Part shown: piece by piece, positions 48,968 through 59,589 of the stretch
Position numbering within the stretch: position 1 is the stretch's first letter
Layout: every line of letters starts with the position of its first letter
Assembly: GCA_964606485.1 (NCBI GenBank)
Contig: CAZSGP010000002.1
Location: 74,766-138,765 of the forward strand
Length of the DNA: 64,000 nt
Direction of reading: 5' to 3'
DNA from: an uncultured Planctomycetia bacterium
GTDB lineage: Bacteria; Omnitrophota; Gorgyraeia; 2-02-FULL-51-18
Notes under the pieces: model-generated
What the model saw: the letters and a program-made list of their open reading frames with translations, nothing else
What the model was told of the DNA's origin: nothing
Database searches by the model: none
Position numbers and translations under genes: made by a program

Positions 48968-49519
48968 TCAAGAACCGCCCTTATTGCGGAAGAACTTGCC
49001 GATATTCTTGAAGAAACCGGGCTGTTGCTTGCTGTCTTTCTTGGTCTCCGGCTTCTTGTGTTCGGCGTCATGCGCATGACCTTCGTGAGAATGATCATGG
49101 CCCTCATGCGCTTTATCTTCAGCGGCTTTTTTCTTGGTTTTTTTGACTTCTTTAATTTTGATCTCTTTTTCGGTGAGCTCGAGCAGTGCGAGGCTTGCGC
49201 CATCGCCTTTGCGCCGATCCAGTTGCAAAATCCGGGTGTACCCGCCCTTACGATTTTTAAAACGAGGGGCAATTTCATTGAATAGCTTTGACGTGAGCTG
49301 GTGGTCTTGGAGATAAGAATACACCTGGCGTTTTGCCGCCAGCGTATTCGTCTTCCCAAGAGTGATCACATGGTCCGCTAAGCGCTTGGCTTCCTTAGCT
49401 TTCTGAACGGTGGTTTTAATCTGCTGATACGTCATCAGGCTTCCAACCAATCCTTCAAGAAGCGCTTTGCGTTCGCTGCCCGTGCGTCCAAATTTTTTGG
49501 TCCGGCGGTTATGCCTCAT
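48968..49519 (-). CDS. rplQ: 50S ribosomal protein L17 with a K/E/H-rich C-terminal extension
   Basis: [25 protein letters not shown]… canonical L17. About 60 extra C-terminal residues (…[19 protein letters not shown]…). Confidence 0.93.
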   Translation of the reverse strand: MRHNRRTKKFGRTGSERKALLEGLVGSLMTYQQIKTTVQKAKEAKRLADHVITLGKTNTLAAKRQVYSYLQDHQLTSKLFNEIAPRFKNRKGGYTRILQLDRRKGDGASLALLELTEKEIKIKEVKKTKKKAAEDKAHEGHDHSHEGHAHDAEHKKPETKKDSKQQPGFFKNIGKFFRNKGGS

Positions 49520-50532
49520 GACTGGCTTTCTCCGGAAAATTCTTTAAGTTTTTCCACGTCAACAGGCATTCCGAAGCCTAAGCCCATTTCTTTAAGAATC
49601 GCGCCGATTTCAAGCAGCGACTTCTTTCCAAAATTACGATACTTAAGCATTTCGGCTTCCGATTTTTTAACCAGATCGCCAATGGTTTTGATGTGGGCTT
49701 CTCTCAAGCAGTTTGCGCTGCGAACCGAGAGTTCCATTTCGGAAACCGGCTGAGCTAAACGCTTATAAAAATCACGATCTTTGTCTCCCGCAGTATCACC
49801 ACCGGGAGTTTGCACGTCCTCCTCCGGAAGCTTTCCAAAGTTAACGAACACGTCCAGATGTCTCTGGAAAATGTTTGACGCATAAAGCATGGCATCTTTC
49901 GGGGTTATGCTCCCGTTGGTCCACACCTCAATGATGAGCTTGTCGTAATCCGTCATCTGTCCGACGCGAGTGTCTTCCACATGAAAATTCACCTTGCGTA
50001 CGGGCGTGAAGATGGAATCAATAGGAATCACGCCAATCGGCTGACCTTCTTTTTTATTGCGCTCAGCAGGAACAAAGCCTCTTCCCTTCTGGACTTCTAG
50101 CTCCATGCGGAAAGGAATGTTCTTCGTCAGCGTAGCGATGTGCTGATCCGGATTCACTACTTCAATAGTCTCATCGCAGATGATATCCCGAGCGGTGATA
50201 TCTTTCTTCGAATTGACTTCGATGCGCACCACTTTGGGTGTGCGAGTGTGGGAACGGAAAATCACATTCTTCACGTTCAGAATAATTTCCGTCATGTCTT
50301 CGACTACGCCGGAAACGGTTCCAAATTCGTGCGAAATACCTTCCACCTTAATCGTGGTCGCAGAGGCGCCTTCCAGCGAAGACAACAGAACCCTGCGAAG
50401 AGAGTTACCAATCGTCACACCATAACCGCGCTCAAACGGTTCGGCAATAAACTTGCCATACGTTTCCGTCAAAGAATCTTCATCACACTGAAGCCTTTTG
50501 GGTATTTCAAAGGATCTTAACGCTATTCCCAT
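49516..50532 (-). CDS. rpoA: DNA-directed RNA polymerase alpha subunit
   Basis: 338 aa. N-terminal assembly domain and a C-terminal domain with …[21 protein letters not shown]…. Confidence 0.95.
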   Translation of the reverse strand: MGIALRSFEIPKRLQCDEDSLTETYGKFIAEPFERGYGVTIGNSLRRVLLSSLEGASATTIKVEGISHEFGTVSGVVEDMTEIILNVKNVIFRSHTRTPKVVRIEVNSKKDITARDIICDETIEVVNPDQHIATLTKNIPFRMELEVQKGRGFVPAERNKKEGQPIGVIPIDSIFTPVRKVNFHVEDTRVGQMTDYDKLIIEVWTNGSITPKDAMLYASNIFQRHLDVFVNFGKLPEEDVQTPGGDTAGDKDRDFYKRLAQPVSEMELSVRSANCLREAHIKTIGDLVKKSEAEMLKYRNFGKKSLLEIGAILKEMGLGFGMPVDVEKLKEFSGESQS

Positions 50533-50556
50533 GGTCTTCGATCTCCTTTTTAATCT

Positions 50557-51183
50557 TTATTTTGAATAAAGCTCAACGATGAGCTGTTCTTGGATCGGCA
50601 TTTGGATATCCGAGCGTTCAGGCTGTTTCTTCACCGTCGCCTTAAAACCGGCCGCGTCGACTGCAAGCCACTCGGCTTTGCGCTGATCCTTGGTTTGTTC
50701 CAAAATTTCCTTGAAGCGCTGGCTCATCTTATCAGAACCTTTCACTTCAATGACGTCTCCTACCTTCACTGAATAAGAAGGGATGTTTACCTGGTGATTG
50801 TTCACATGCACATGACCGTGACGGACCACTTGACGCGCTTCATTGCGCGAGGCCGACATTCCCATGCGAAACACAACGTTGTCCAATCTCTTTTCTAAAA
50901 GAGAGAGCAGCGTCGCACCGGTTACGCCCTTGGAGCGCGAGGCGTTCTTAAAATAGAATTTAAATTGTCTTTCTAGCACTCCATAAATGCGTTTTACTTT
51001 TTGCTTTTCACGGAGCTGAACGCCATAATCCGACAACTTCTGGCGGCCTTGGCCGTGCATACCTGGAACATACTCGCGACGCTCGACTGCGCATTTCGGC
51101 GTATAGCAACGCGATCCCTTTAAAAATAATTTAACTTTTTCGCGGCGGCAAAGCCGGCAAACAGAACCCGTGTAACGGCCCAT
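50557..51183 (-). CDS. rpsD: 30S ribosomal protein S4
   Basis: MGRYTGSVCRLCRREKVKLFLKG… zinc-ribbon N-terminus. 208 aa. Confidence 0.95.
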   Translation of the reverse strand: MGRYTGSVCRLCRREKVKLFLKGSRCYTPKCAVERREYVPGMHGQGRQKLSDYGVQLREKQKVKRIYGVLERQFKFYFKNASRSKGVTGATLLSLLEKRLDNVVFRMGMSASRNEARQVVRHGHVHVNNHQVNIPSYSVKVGDVIEVKGSDKMSQRFKEILEQTKDQRKAEWLAVDAAGFKATVKKQPERSDIQMPIQEQLIVELYSK

Positions 51184-51186
51184 GTC

Positions 51187-51579
51187 TTAAACTCTCCTTC
51201 TCTTAGGAGGACGACAGCCGTTGTGAGGAATCGGCGTGGCGTCCTTAATCGCGCTGATCGAAAGACCGGCGGCTTGAATGGCGCGAATCGCAGATTCACG
51301 ACCCGATCCAGGGCCTTTTACAATCACTTCCACAGTCTTCATTCCATGTTCCAATGCTTTTTTGGCGGCTGCTTCAGCAGCAATCTGAGCGGCAAATGGT
51401 GTTGATTTTTTGGAGCCCGAAAAACCGGACGCTCCACAGCTGCCCCATACGATCACGTTTCCGTTCTTATCGGTAATCGTCACCTGGGTGTTGTTGAATG
51501 TCGCTAAAATGTGCGCCACGCCTTCAGCAACATTGCGTATAATCTTTTTTCTAGATTTGAACTTTTTAGTTTTTGCCAC
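51187..51579 (-). CDS. rpsK: 30S ribosomal protein S11
   Basis: 130 aa. …[22 protein letters not shown]… canonical. Confidence 0.95.
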   Translation of the reverse strand: MAKTKKFKSRKKIIRNVAEGVAHILATFNNTQVTITDKNGNVIVWGSCGASGFSGSKKSTPFAAQIAAEAAAKKALEHGMKTVEVIVKGPGSGRESAIRAIQAAGLSISAIKDATPIPHNGCRPPKRRRV

Positions 51580-51602
51580 TTGCCTTTTAACTCCTTTTTA
51601 AA

Positions 51603-52022
51603 TTACTTTTTTCCGCCAGCGGGTGCAGCCGGTTTTGCCGCAGGAGCTTTATCTTTAGCTCTTTGAGCTCCAATTGTTTTCTTCGGGCCTTTGCGCGTGC
51701 GCGAATTGGTGCGAGTGCGCTGTCCACGAACCGGTAAGCCCTTCTTGTGGCGTGAGCCGCGATAGGACTGAATATCCATCAATCGCTTGATGTTTACCGC
51801 CACTTCACGACGCAGGGCGCCTTCCACACGGTAATCCTTCTGAATAATGTTCGAGATTCTCGAAACCTCTTCTTCGGTTAAGTTTTTCGCCCGCACATCA
51901 GGGTTGATGTTGGCTTGCTTCAGGATAACAAGCGAATTATTCTGGCCGATCCCGTAAAGGTATCCAAGCGCCACATAAATTTTTTTCTCTTTCGGTAAAT
52001 CCACACCGGCGATTCTAGGCAT
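51603..52022 (-). CDS. rpsM: 30S ribosomal protein S13
   Basis: [26 protein letters not shown]… canonical. Basic C-terminal extension. Confidence 0.95.
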   Translation of the reverse strand: MPRIAGVDLPKEKKIYVALGYLYGIGQNNSLVILKQANINPDVRAKNLTEEEVSRISNIIQKDYRVEGALRREVAVNIKRLMDIQSYRGSRHKKGLPVRGQRTRTNSRTRKGPKKTIGAQRAKDKAPAAKPAAPAGGKK

Positions 52023-52031
52023 ATTCTTCCT

Positions 52032-52145
52032 TTAACCTTGTCTTTGTTTGTGTTTCGGAGTTTTACAAATCACCCGGACCACACGTTTACGTCTTACAAT
52101 TTTACAATGTTCACAAATTTTTTTTACGCTAGCACGTACTTTCAC
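52032..52145 (-). CDS. rpmJ: 50S ribosomal protein L36 (GTG start; not in supplied ORF track)
   Basis: Reverse-complement translation gives (M)[36 protein letters not shown], a zinc ribbon with CxxC…C…H. A GGGAGA RBS lies 7 nt upstream of the GTG. Confidence 0.88.
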   Translation of the reverse strand: MKVRASVKKICEHCKIVRRKRVVRVICKTPKHKQRQG

Positions 52146-52175
52146 TTTTTTCTCCCTGTCCGCTGTTTAAGCAGA

Positions 52176-52394
52176 CTATTTCACTCGGTAAATGATGCGT
52201 CCACGAGATAAATCGTAAGGGGACAATTCCATCATCACTTTATCTCCCGGCAAAATTCGAATGAAATTCATTCGCATCTTTCCAGAGACATGCGCCAAAA
52301 CTTTGTGCTCGTTTCCAAGATCCACGCGAAACATTGCGTTGGGCAACGCTTCGAGTACAACTCCTTCTACTTGGACTGCATCTTCTTTTGGCAT
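52176..52394 (-). CDS. infA: translation initiation factor IF-1
   Basis: 72 aa S1-like OB fold: [41 protein letters not shown]…. Confidence 0.95.
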   Translation of the reverse strand: MPKEDAVQVEGVVLEALPNAMFRVDLGNEHKVLAHVSGKMRMNFIRILPGDKVMMELSPYDLSRGRIIYRVK

Positions 52395-52396
52395 AT

Positions 52397-53170
52397 TTAC
52401 TCGGTTATAATCTCCGCTTCCATCTTTCCCGCAAAAACTGTTTGCTCAAAATGAGCTGACCGCTTCCGGTCCTTTGTAACCACTGTCCAACCGTCTGCTA
52501 GCACAGTCACTTCTAATGCGCCCTGATTAATCATCGGCTCAATCGCCAGCGCCATTCCTTCAACGATTTTCACGCCTTCATGCGGCCTTCCGTAGTTAGG
52601 AACCTGCGGCTCTTCATGAAGATTTTTTCCGATCCCGTGCCCGACATACTCACGAACCACCGAAAAACCTTCTTTTTCCGCGTAACTTTGAACCGCCCAA
52701 GAAATATCGCCGATTCGGTTTCCGGCTTTTGCTTGTTCAATTCCCCGCCTGAGCGCTTCCTGCGTTACTTCCAAAAGTTTTTTACTCGCAGAATCAATAT
52801 TTCCAACCGCGAACGTTCGGGCTGCATCTGCGCAGTAATTTTTATACCGCACACCTACATCTACGCCGATAATATCTCCATCCCGTAAGACTCGCTTTCC
52901 GGGTATACCGTGAATCACCTCTTCATTAACTGAGGTGCAAATGCTTGCCGGATATCCGTAGTAGCCCTTAAAAAGCGGCTCTCCGTTTTGCGAGAGTATA
53001 AAATCCTCGGCAATCTCATCGAGTCTCTGCGTTGTGATTCCTGGCTTGGCCTCTCGCGCCATCAACTTCAAAAGACCGGCAACAATATTGCCGGCTTCGC
53101 GCATCCACTCCCGTTCTTGACGAGATTTAGCGAACCCCAACGAGGAGATTCTTCTTTTTAAAAAGAGCAA
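52397..53170 (-). CDS. map: type I methionine aminopeptidase
   Basis: Metal ligands in …[17 protein letters not shown]… and …[12 protein letters not shown]…. The coordinates give the maximal ORF (TTG at 53170). The homology-based start is probably near the TTG at 53140 (…[16 protein letters not shown]…). Confidence 0.85.
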   Translation of the reverse strand: MLFLKRRISSLGFAKSRQEREWMREAGNIVAGLLKLMAREAKPGITTQRLDEIAEDFILSQNGEPLFKGYYGYPASICTSVNEEVIHGIPGKRVLRDGDIIGVDVGVRYKNYCADAARTFAVGNIDSASKKLLEVTQEALRRGIEQAKAGNRIGDISWAVQSYAEKEGFSVVREYVGHGIGKNLHEEPQVPNYGRPHEGVKIVEGMALAIEPMINQGALEVTVLADGWTVVTKDRKRSAHFEQTVFAGKMEAEIITE

Positions 53171-53795
53171 TTAATTCATCATTCAGGGGCTCAACATCTA
53201 AATCGCCATCCACTTCGTACAAAACCCCTGTCTTCCTGTAGTACTCAATAAGCGGAGCCGTTTGGCTCTCATAAACTTTTAAGCGCTCGCGGATTGTTTC
53301 TTCCTTATCATCCGGCCGCTGAACGAGCTTTGCACCGCAAGCATCACAAACACCTTCAACCTTTGGTCTAAAATTTATCATGTGGAACGTTTTGCTACAT
53401 TGTGAGCAAACTCTACGTCCCGAAAGCCGGCGAATTATCATGCCAAGTGTGGTCCTAAAATATAACACGAGTGAAAGTGGCATTTTTAATTTACTTAAAC
53501 TCTCATCAAGACTTTTAGCTTGATCAGGAGTTCTCGGGAAACCGTCTAAAATAAAGCCGATCTTCGCATCTGGCTTCATTAACCGTTCTTCTACCAGCTT
53601 GATCACCACTTCATCCGGAACTAAGGCCCCGTTATCCATAAACGCCTTCGCTTCCAACCCTATTGGCGAAGAGACTCGTATCGCCTCACGAAGCATATCC
53701 CCGGTTGAAACATGAACCAGTTTTAAATCTTTTGAAAGAACTTGCGCGTGTGTTCCTTTACCTGCACCCGGAGGCCCAAGTAAAACCAAGCGCAT
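53127..53795 (-). CDS. adk: adenylate kinase (with zinc-binding LID)
   Basis: MRLVLLGPPGAGKGTHAQ P-loop. LID CSQC…CDAC cysteine quartet. Confidence 0.95.
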   Translation of the reverse strand: MRLVLLGPPGAGKGTHAQVLSKDLKLVHVSTGDMLREAIRVSSPIGLEAKAFMDNGALVPDEVVIKLVEERLMKPDAKIGFILDGFPRTPDQAKSLDESLSKLKMPLSLVLYFRTTLGMIIRRLSGRRVCSQCSKTFHMINFRPKVEGVCDACGAKLVQRPDDKEETIRERLKVYESQTAPLIEYYRKTGVLYEVDGDLDVEPLNDELIALFKKKNLLVGVR

Positions 53796-53800
53796 ATTTT

Positions 53801-55156
53801 TTATGCCGATCTCTGACGGCCTTTAATACGACCGCGTTTCATAAACCCTTCGTAATGACGCATCAAAAGCTGTGACTCAATCTGTTTGATTGTATCCAAG
53901 CTTACGCCCACCACGATAAGCAGCGCTGTACCACCAAAAAAATCTGCTACCTGATTGGGGATATTTAAAAGCTTACCTAGCACGTCTGGCGCAACGGCAA
54001 TCACCGCTAGAAAAATACCCGCTGGCAACGTTACGCGGTTAATAATAAAATTGATGAATTCAACAGTTGGCGTTCCCGGACGAACTCCCGGGATGAATCC
54101 ACCATATTTCTTCATGTTATCCGCTAGATCTACGGGATTAAAAGCAATGGCCGTATAAAAATAACTAAAAAATATGATAAGCAGCATTGTCAATACTGTG
54201 TAAAGCACATGTCCCGACGAAAGAGCTTGTGCCGCTTGCTGAATCCACGGATGCGGCATGAAAATTCCAATTGTCGCCGGGAAGAGAATGATGGACTGCG
54301 CAAAAATAATTGGCATCACACCACCATTGTTAACCTTAAATGGGATAAACACGGACTGACCACCCAACACTTTGCGCCCAACAACTCGCTTCGGGTATTG
54401 AACGGGAATTTTTCTTTCGCCAAGCGTTAGCGTGACAACAGCCATAATTGCCGCAACCATGATGCCAAGCATAAAGATTGCCGTCAAAGGATCCATCTGG
54501 CGCTGACCCGCTTGACCAGCGGTCGCTAATGAAATAATTTGAGAAATTGCTGAAGGCACCCTCGATAAAATACCGCAGGCGACAAGTAACGACATCCCGT
54601 TTCCAATTCCCTTTTCCTGGATTTGTTCACCCAACCACATAATAAAAGCTGAACCAGTGGTGAGTGTAATCACGGTCATAAACCTAAACGTCAGACCTGG
54701 AAACTGAACAATTTCAAGACCCCCAAAATGCTTCGGATTCTCAAGCCACATTGCAATAAAGTAAGACTGAATGATGGAGAGAACGATGGTGCCATAGCGC
54801 GTGTATTGATTGATTTGCTTGCGGCCCATCTCACCTTCCTTCGCCAACTTTTCAAGCGAAGGAATAACCACCGTTAACAACTGCATAATAATGGAACTTG
54901 AAATATACGGCATGATTCCGAGCGCAAATATGGTTAAACGGTGAATAGCTCCTCCCGAGAAGAGATTCATCACGCCGAACAACGATCCGCCCTGAGACCT
55001 TGATAAATTTTCAAAGAACACCGCTAGCTTCGCCCCATCAATTCCAGGCGTTGGGATATAAGTTCCTAAACGATATACCGCGATAATGGCAAATGTGAAA
55101 ATAAGCTTTTTGCGAAGATCAGGAATTTTGAAGGTATTGACGAACGCTTGAATCAT
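53801..55156 (-). CDS. secY: preprotein translocase subunit SecY
   Basis: 451 aa, 10 TM helices, …RGGSLFGVMNLFSGGAIHRLTIFALGIMPYI… canonical. Confidence 0.95.
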   Translation of the reverse strand: MIQAFVNTFKIPDLRKKLIFTFAIIAVYRLGTYIPTPGIDGAKLAVFFENLSRSQGGSLFGVMNLFSGGAIHRLTIFALGIMPYISSSIIMQLLTVVIPSLEKLAKEGEMGRKQINQYTRYGTIVLSIIQSYFIAMWLENPKHFGGLEIVQFPGLTFRFMTVITLTTGSAFIMWLGEQIQEKGIGNGMSLLVACGILSRVPSAISQIISLATAGQAGQRQMDPLTAIFMLGIMVAAIMAVVTLTLGERKIPVQYPKRVVGRKVLGGQSVFIPFKVNNGGVMPIIFAQSIILFPATIGIFMPHPWIQQAAQALSSGHVLYTVLTMLLIIFFSYFYTAIAFNPVDLADNMKKYGGFIPGVRPGTPTVEFINFIINRVTLPAGIFLAVIAVAPDVLGKLLNIPNQVADFFGGTALLIVVGVSLDTIKQIESQLLMRHYEGFMKRGRIKGRQRSA

Positions 55157-55590
55157 CAGATCTTCTTGGCCGAACCCCCGGCCTTGGCAATCTTTTCAAG
55201 CGCTGACTTGGAAAAAGCGTGCGCTTCAATCTTCAGAGCAACTTTCAACTCCCCATCTCCCAAAATTTTAACCGGCATATCCTTACGAACCAAACGAGAC
55301 TGTTTTAATAATTCGGGTGTAATGTTTTGTGTGGCACTAAACTGATTCAGCTTTTCCAAAGCGACAACTTCAAATTTCGCCTTCGGCGTAAATGTAAATC
55401 CACGCTTGGGGATACGGCGAATCAATGGCATCTGACCCCCTTCAAAACCGGGTCTCGTGCCCCCCGACGCTCTGGCTTTGGCGCCCTTATGTCCGCGCGT
55501 AGATGTTTTTCCGTGTCCTGAACCACGTCCACGACCCACAATCTTGCGACGCTTATTGCTTCCTTTGGGCGCTTTTAAATTATGTAACAT
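55156..55590 (-). CDS. rplO: 50S ribosomal protein L15
   Basis: MLHNLKAPKGSNKRRKIVGRGRGSGHGKTSTRG… canonical. Confidence 0.95.
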   Translation of the reverse strand: MLHNLKAPKGSNKRRKIVGRGRGSGHGKTSTRGHKGAKARASGGTRPGFEGGQMPLIRRIPKRGFTFTPKAKFEVVALEKLNQFSATQNITPELLKQSRLVRKDMPVKILGDGELKVALKIEAHAFSKSALEKIAKAGGSAKKI

Positions 55591-55591
55591 C

Positions 55592-56233
55592 TTAAACTCC
55601 CGCCACTAACTTTTGAAGGCCATTGACAGTTGCACGAACTACATTGATCGCATTGTCAGAACCTAGAGATTTCGTGAGAATATCTTTAATGCCAGCAGAC
55701 TCACAAATCGCGCGAACCGCACCACCAGAAATAACACCTGTTCCCGGCATAGCAGGCTTCATGAGTACGCGCGCCGCACCAAAATCACCAATAACTTCGT
55801 GAGGAATCGTAGTTCCCTTAAGCGTAACATTAAACAAATTCTTTTTAGCTTGATAGATGCCCTTTTTAATAGCATCCTGAACTTCATTAGCTTTTCCAAG
55901 CGCAAATCCAACTCGGCCTTTGAAATCACCAACAACCACAAGTGCGCTAAAAGAAAAGCGCTTTCCACCTTTTACCACCTTGGCAACACGATTCACCGCG
56001 ATTACGCGCTCAGTAAACTCTTGAGGAGTCTCTGCTCTTTGCGGCTTACGAGGCCCGCGTTTACCGCCCTGTCTTGAATGAGTCTGCTGCTCCGCGATAG
56101 GGGCCTTTACCGTCTCCTCTTTAACTTCCTCCACCGCTTGAATCACTGCGGCTGGATTGAGTGCTACGCCCAATACGTCCGATTTATCGGCTGCTTTTAC
56201 TTTCACTTTTGGCTTGAATTCTTTATTTTCCAC
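55592..56233 (-). CDS. rpsE: 30S ribosomal protein S5 with a ~70-aa N-terminal extension; no rpmD (L30) between S5 and L15
   Basis: The conserved core begins …[31 protein letters not shown]…. The preceding 70 aa are K/E/A-rich. Confidence 0.9.
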   Translation of the reverse strand: MENKEFKPKVKVKAADKSDVLGVALNPAAVIQAVEEVKEETVKAPIAEQQTHSRQGGKRGPRKPQRAETPQEFTERVIAVNRVAKVVKGGKRFSFSALVVVGDFKGRVGFALGKANEVQDAIKKGIYQAKKNLFNVTLKGTTIPHEVIGDFGAARVLMKPAMPGTGVISGGAVRAICESAGIKDILTKSLGSDNAINVVRATVNGLQKLVAGV

Positions 56234-56251
56234 TCGGCTTAAACCCTTCTT

Positions 56252-56626
56252 TTAGAACGACAAACCCTGTTCGCGCGCAGAATCCGCAAATGCTTTGATG
56301 CGCCCATGATACAAAAAACCACCTCTGTCAAATACGACTTTCTGAATGCCTTTTTCTTTCGCTTTTTCAGCAGCAAATTTCCCAAACGAAACAGCCGCCT
56401 TAACATTTCCACCATTTTTTAATTTAGCGGATTTCAAAAAATCTTTGGACTTCGTTGAAACGCCCAACATTGTTTTTTGATCGTAATCGTTTACAAACTG
56501 AGCTTCCATATGCTGCAAGCTTGGGTAAAGCGACAAACGAGGGCGCTCCGATGTTCCAATTACTTTTTTGCGTAAGCGCAGATGACGAATAATTCGATTT
56601 GTTTTAACTTTATTCTTTTTTAGCAT
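56252..56626 (-). CDS. rplR: 50S ribosomal protein L18
   Basis: 124 aa; …RLSLYPSLQHMEAQFVNDYDQKTML… and C-terminal …FDRGGFLYHGRIKAFADSAREQGLSF. Confidence 0.93.
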   Translation of the reverse strand: MLKKNKVKTNRIIRHLRLRKKVIGTSERPRLSLYPSLQHMEAQFVNDYDQKTMLGVSTKSKDFLKSAKLKNGGNVKAAVSFGKFAAEKAKEKGIQKVVFDRGGFLYHGRIKAFADSAREQGLSF

Positions 56627-56628
56627 GA

Positions 56629-57168
56629 TTACTTAGTGACCGTCTTTCCGGCTTTTCTACGAACCACTTCACCCACATACCGAACACCCTTACCCTTGTA
56701 AGGTTCAGCTTCATACACCTTGCGGATTTTAGCGGCAAAAAAGCCAACTTTAGCTTTGTCGATGCCCTTCACAGTAATTTGAGTGGGCTTTGGTACTTCC
56801 ACTGATAAGCCTTCCGGAATTTCAAAATTAACAGGATGAGTAAATCCTAGCGCCAACGAAAGAACCTTGCCCTGCAAAGCGGCCTTAAAACCGACGCCCT
56901 CAATAGCCATTTCTTTGGAGAATCCTTCGGTTACACCCTTAATCATGTTTGAGATTACACTTCTCGAAGTTCCGTGTAACGCCTTATCAGACTTCTGGTC
57001 CGTCGCACGCTCCAATGTCAGTACGCCCTCTTTGATGGCGCCCTTCACCCGAGAGCTCATTTGAAATACGAGCTTTCCTTTGGGACCCTCTACCAAAACA
57101 GCATTTTTGTCGATAGATAACTTTACAGCTTTTGGAACTTCAATAGGTTTTTTTCCGACTCTTGACAT
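56629..57168 (-). CDS. rplF: 50S ribosomal protein L6
   Basis: MSRVGKKPIEVPKAVKLSIDKNAVLVEGPKGKL… canonical. Confidence 0.95.
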   Translation of the reverse strand: MSRVGKKPIEVPKAVKLSIDKNAVLVEGPKGKLVFQMSSRVKGAIKEGVLTLERATDQKSDKALHGTSRSVISNMIKGVTEGFSKEMAIEGVGFKAALQGKVLSLALGFTHPVNFEIPEGLSVEVPKPTQITVKGIDKAKVGFFAAKIRKVYEAEPYKGKGVRYVGEVVRRKAGKTVTK

Positions 57169-57174
57169 AAATTT

Positions 57175-57573
57175 TTACCAGATTTTCGCTAGCACTTCAC
57201 CGCCAACGCCCCTGCGTTTAGCCTCATCGCCACTTAAAATTCCCTCTGGGGTTGAGAGAATGCAAATACCCAATCCATTCAAAACCATCGGAATCGAATC
57301 TCTTTTCGAGTAAATTCTTAACCCAGGCTTAGAAATTCTTACAATCTTTGAAATTTTACGAATCGGCTCGTTCGCTTTTGACAAATATATCCTCAAGATT
57401 CCCTGCTTTTTGTCTTCAATTAACCGATAATCATGAATAAATTTTTCACGACGCAATATTTTAAGCATGTCCGTTAATAACTTGGACGCTTTGATATCTG
57501 CTCTGTCTTTTTTAGCGCGAACCGCATTACGGATAACGGTCAACGCATCGCCGATCGGATCACTCAGTGCCAT
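57175..57573 (-). CDS. rpsH: 30S ribosomal protein S8
   Basis: MALSDPIGDALTVIRNAVRAKKD… canonical. Confidence 0.95.
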   Translation of the reverse strand: MALSDPIGDALTVIRNAVRAKKDRADIKASKLLTDMLKILRREKFIHDYRLIEDKKQGILRIYLSKANEPIRKISKIVRISKPGLRIYSKRDSIPMVLNGLGICILSTPEGILSGDEAKRRGVGGEVLAKIW

Positions 57574-57593
57574 TCAATTCCTCTCTCGTCTAG

Positions 57594-57779
57594 TTACCAG
57601 CTCGCCTTAATCATACCTGGGATCTCACCTTTAGAGGCAAGCTCTCTCAAGCAGATGCGGCATAGTTTAAATTTACGATAAAATCCGCGTGTCTTCCCGC
57701 ATTGCATACAACGATTATAAGCGCGTGTGCTGAACTTGGGAGGTCTTTGCTGTTTAAGCATTAACGACAGTTTTGCCAT
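57594..57779 (-). CDS. rpsZ: 30S ribosomal protein S14, type Z (zinc-binding)
   Basis: 61 aa with [20 protein letters not shown] zinc ribbon. Confidence 0.93.
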   Translation of the reverse strand: MAKLSLMLKQQRPPKFSTRAYNRCMQCGKTRGFYRKFKLCRICLRELASKGEIPGMIKASW

Positions 57780-57794
57780 AACTCTTATATTCCT

Positions 57795-58400
57795 TTACGC
57801 GGTCACGGCTGCCACTGAAGGCTTTGCCGGAGTCTGCGCTTTTTCAGTCTTTGTGCGGAAAGGAACGCCAAGAAGAGATAGAAGTTCATATGATTCTTCT
57901 CTTTTCTTTGCCCCACGCACAACGATCGTAATGTCCATCCCTTGCGGACGCACCACGCGATCCGACTCGATTTCAGGGAAAATATTTTGCTCATTAAGAC
58001 CAAAACTAAAATTACCCGCTTCATCAAATCCGCGAGGGCTTATCCCTCTAAAATCACGAACACGCGGCAGAGCAACTTTTAACAAGCGCTCTAAAAATTC
58101 ATACATCACGCGTTTGCGAAGCGTTACTCGGCATCCAACGGGAGAATTTTCACGAATCTTAAAATTGGATACGGCTTTTTTAGCGCGAGTGATGACCGCG
58201 TGTTGACCGGTAATCGTACTGAGTTCCACCTGCGCGGCTTCCACGATCTTGATATCTTCCGCACCTTTTCCAACACCCATATTCACCACGACTTTTTCAA
58301 TGCGTGGGACCTCAAGGACATTGGTATACCCAAATTTTTTAGTCATTTGGGGAACTATTTGCTTGACGTAAAATTCTTGTAAATTCGGTGTCTTTTCCAT
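57795..58400 (-). CDS. rplE: 50S ribosomal protein L5
   Basis: 201 aa; …VPQMTKKFGYTNVLEVPRIEKVVVNMGVG… canonical. Confidence 0.93.
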   Translation of the reverse strand: MEKTPNLQEFYVKQIVPQMTKKFGYTNVLEVPRIEKVVVNMGVGKGAEDIKIVEAAQVELSTITGQHAVITRAKKAVSNFKIRENSPVGCRVTLRKRVMYEFLERLLKVALPRVRDFRGISPRGFDEAGNFSFGLNEQNIFPEIESDRVVRPQGMDITIVVRGAKKREESYELLSLLGVPFRTKTEKAQTPAKPSVAAVTA

Positions 58401-58402
58401 AA

Positions 58403-58720
58403 TTAGTTGATTGCAACCTTACTTTTTAATGAGATTCTTTGCTTAGAGCCATCAGCAGAAACAGACGTCTTGAAGCGCGTTTGTTTATTAGTGCTGGGAC
58501 AAACCAAGCTTAAATTCGATAAATGGATTGGAACTTCTTGGCTAATAATTGCGCCTTGTGGATGCTGCTGACTTTTACGCATATGCTTTTTCATCATATT
58601 CACACCTTCAACCAAGGCGCGGTTGTTAGTGGGGTACACGTGAAGGACTTTTCCCGCCTTACCCTTATCTTTTCCAGCGAGCACTAAAACTTTATCACCT
58701 TTTTTAATCCGAAGACTCAT
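58403..58720 (-). CDS. rplX: 50S ribosomal protein L24
   Basis: MSLRIKKGDKVLVLAGKDKGKAGKVL… KOW motif. Confidence 0.95.
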   Translation of the reverse strand: MSLRIKKGDKVLVLAGKDKGKAGKVLHVYPTNNRALVEGVNMMKKHMRKSQQHPQGAIISQEVPIHLSNLSLVCPSTNKQTRFKTSVSADGSKQRISLKSKVAIN

Positions 58721-59089
58721 TTAAATAACCTCCGGAGCGAGTGAAATGATTTTCATAAATCCCTTATCTCTTAATTCTCTCGGCACAGGTCCAAAAATAC
58801 GTGTGCCCCTGGGGTTTCTCTGCGCATCAATAATGACAAGCGCATTTGAGTCAAATCGAAGCGAAGTTCCATCCATACGACGGATGCGGTTTTTCGTCCG
58901 GACAACAACCGCCTTCACAACCTCACCCTGCTTAACAGACGCGTCTGGTGTCGCTTCCTTAATGTTAGCGCTAATCACGTCTCCAACTTCCGCGATCAGA
59001 CGCCCCGAGCGCCCAATCACACCAATACACGAAGCTTTGCGAGCTCCGGTGTTGTCGGCTACTTCTAAAAGCGTTCTCATGCGAATCAT
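58721..59089 (-). CDS. rplN: 50S ribosomal protein L14
   Basis: [24 protein letters not shown]… canonical. Confidence 0.95.
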   Translation of the reverse strand: MIRMRTLLEVADNTGARKASCIGVIGRSGRLIAEVGDVISANIKEATPDASVKQGEVVKAVVVRTKNRIRRMDGTSLRFDSNALVIIDAQRNPRGTRIFGPVPRELRDKGFMKIISLAPEVI

Positions 59090-59093
59090 GGGT

Positions 59094-59393
59094 TTAAACT
59101 CCCTCTTTCAACTGAGCAGCATTTTTTTTCGAGTCTTGCTGCAAAATCTCAACAAGTCTCCAGTGTTTATCTTTGGAGAGCGGTCGCGTTTCCTGGATGC
59201 GGACAACGTCGCCAGTTTTCGCTTCGTTTTTCTCGTCATGGGCCTTGTATTTATTTGCTTTTTCCATGACTTTACCAAATTTAGGGTGGCGCGTTTTATG
59301 ACGCACTTGCACGACGATTGTTTTTTCCATCTTATCGCTTACAACCGTTCCGGTGCGCTCTTTTCTAAAATTATCTCTAACGTTATTTGACAT
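59094..59393 (-). CDS. rpsQ: 30S ribosomal protein S17
   Basis: Start chosen at [30 protein letters not shown] (homology-consistent; overlaps the L29 stop by 11 bp). The ORF-track extension to 59420 is also possible. Confidence 0.88.
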   Translation of the reverse strand: MSNNVRDNFRKERTGTVVSDKMEKTIVVQVRHKTRHPKFGKVMEKANKYKAHDEKNEAKTGDVVRIQETRPLSKDKHWRLVEILQQDSKKNAAQLKEGV

Positions 59394-59589
59394 TTTTCTT
59401 TTCTCTTTTAATCGTTTCAATTTGGGCTACCTGCTTACGAATCAGTCTGAACTGATGCGGTTTATCCAGCTGCCCCAATCCTTTTTTTTGGCGTAGATCG
59501 AAAAGATCCTTCTCGAATGCGCTTTTCTTCTGGTCAAGTTCTGCGGCGCTTAACCCGCGTAAATTATTTACATTTTCCTTGCGGCTCAT
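59383..59589 (-). CDS. rpmC: 50S ribosomal protein L29
   Basis: 68 aa; …[27 protein letters not shown]… canonical. Confidence 0.93.
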   Translation of the reverse strand: MSRKENVNNLRGLSAAELDQKKSAFEKDLFDLRQKKGLGQLDKPHQFRLIRKQVAQIETIKREKKNVK

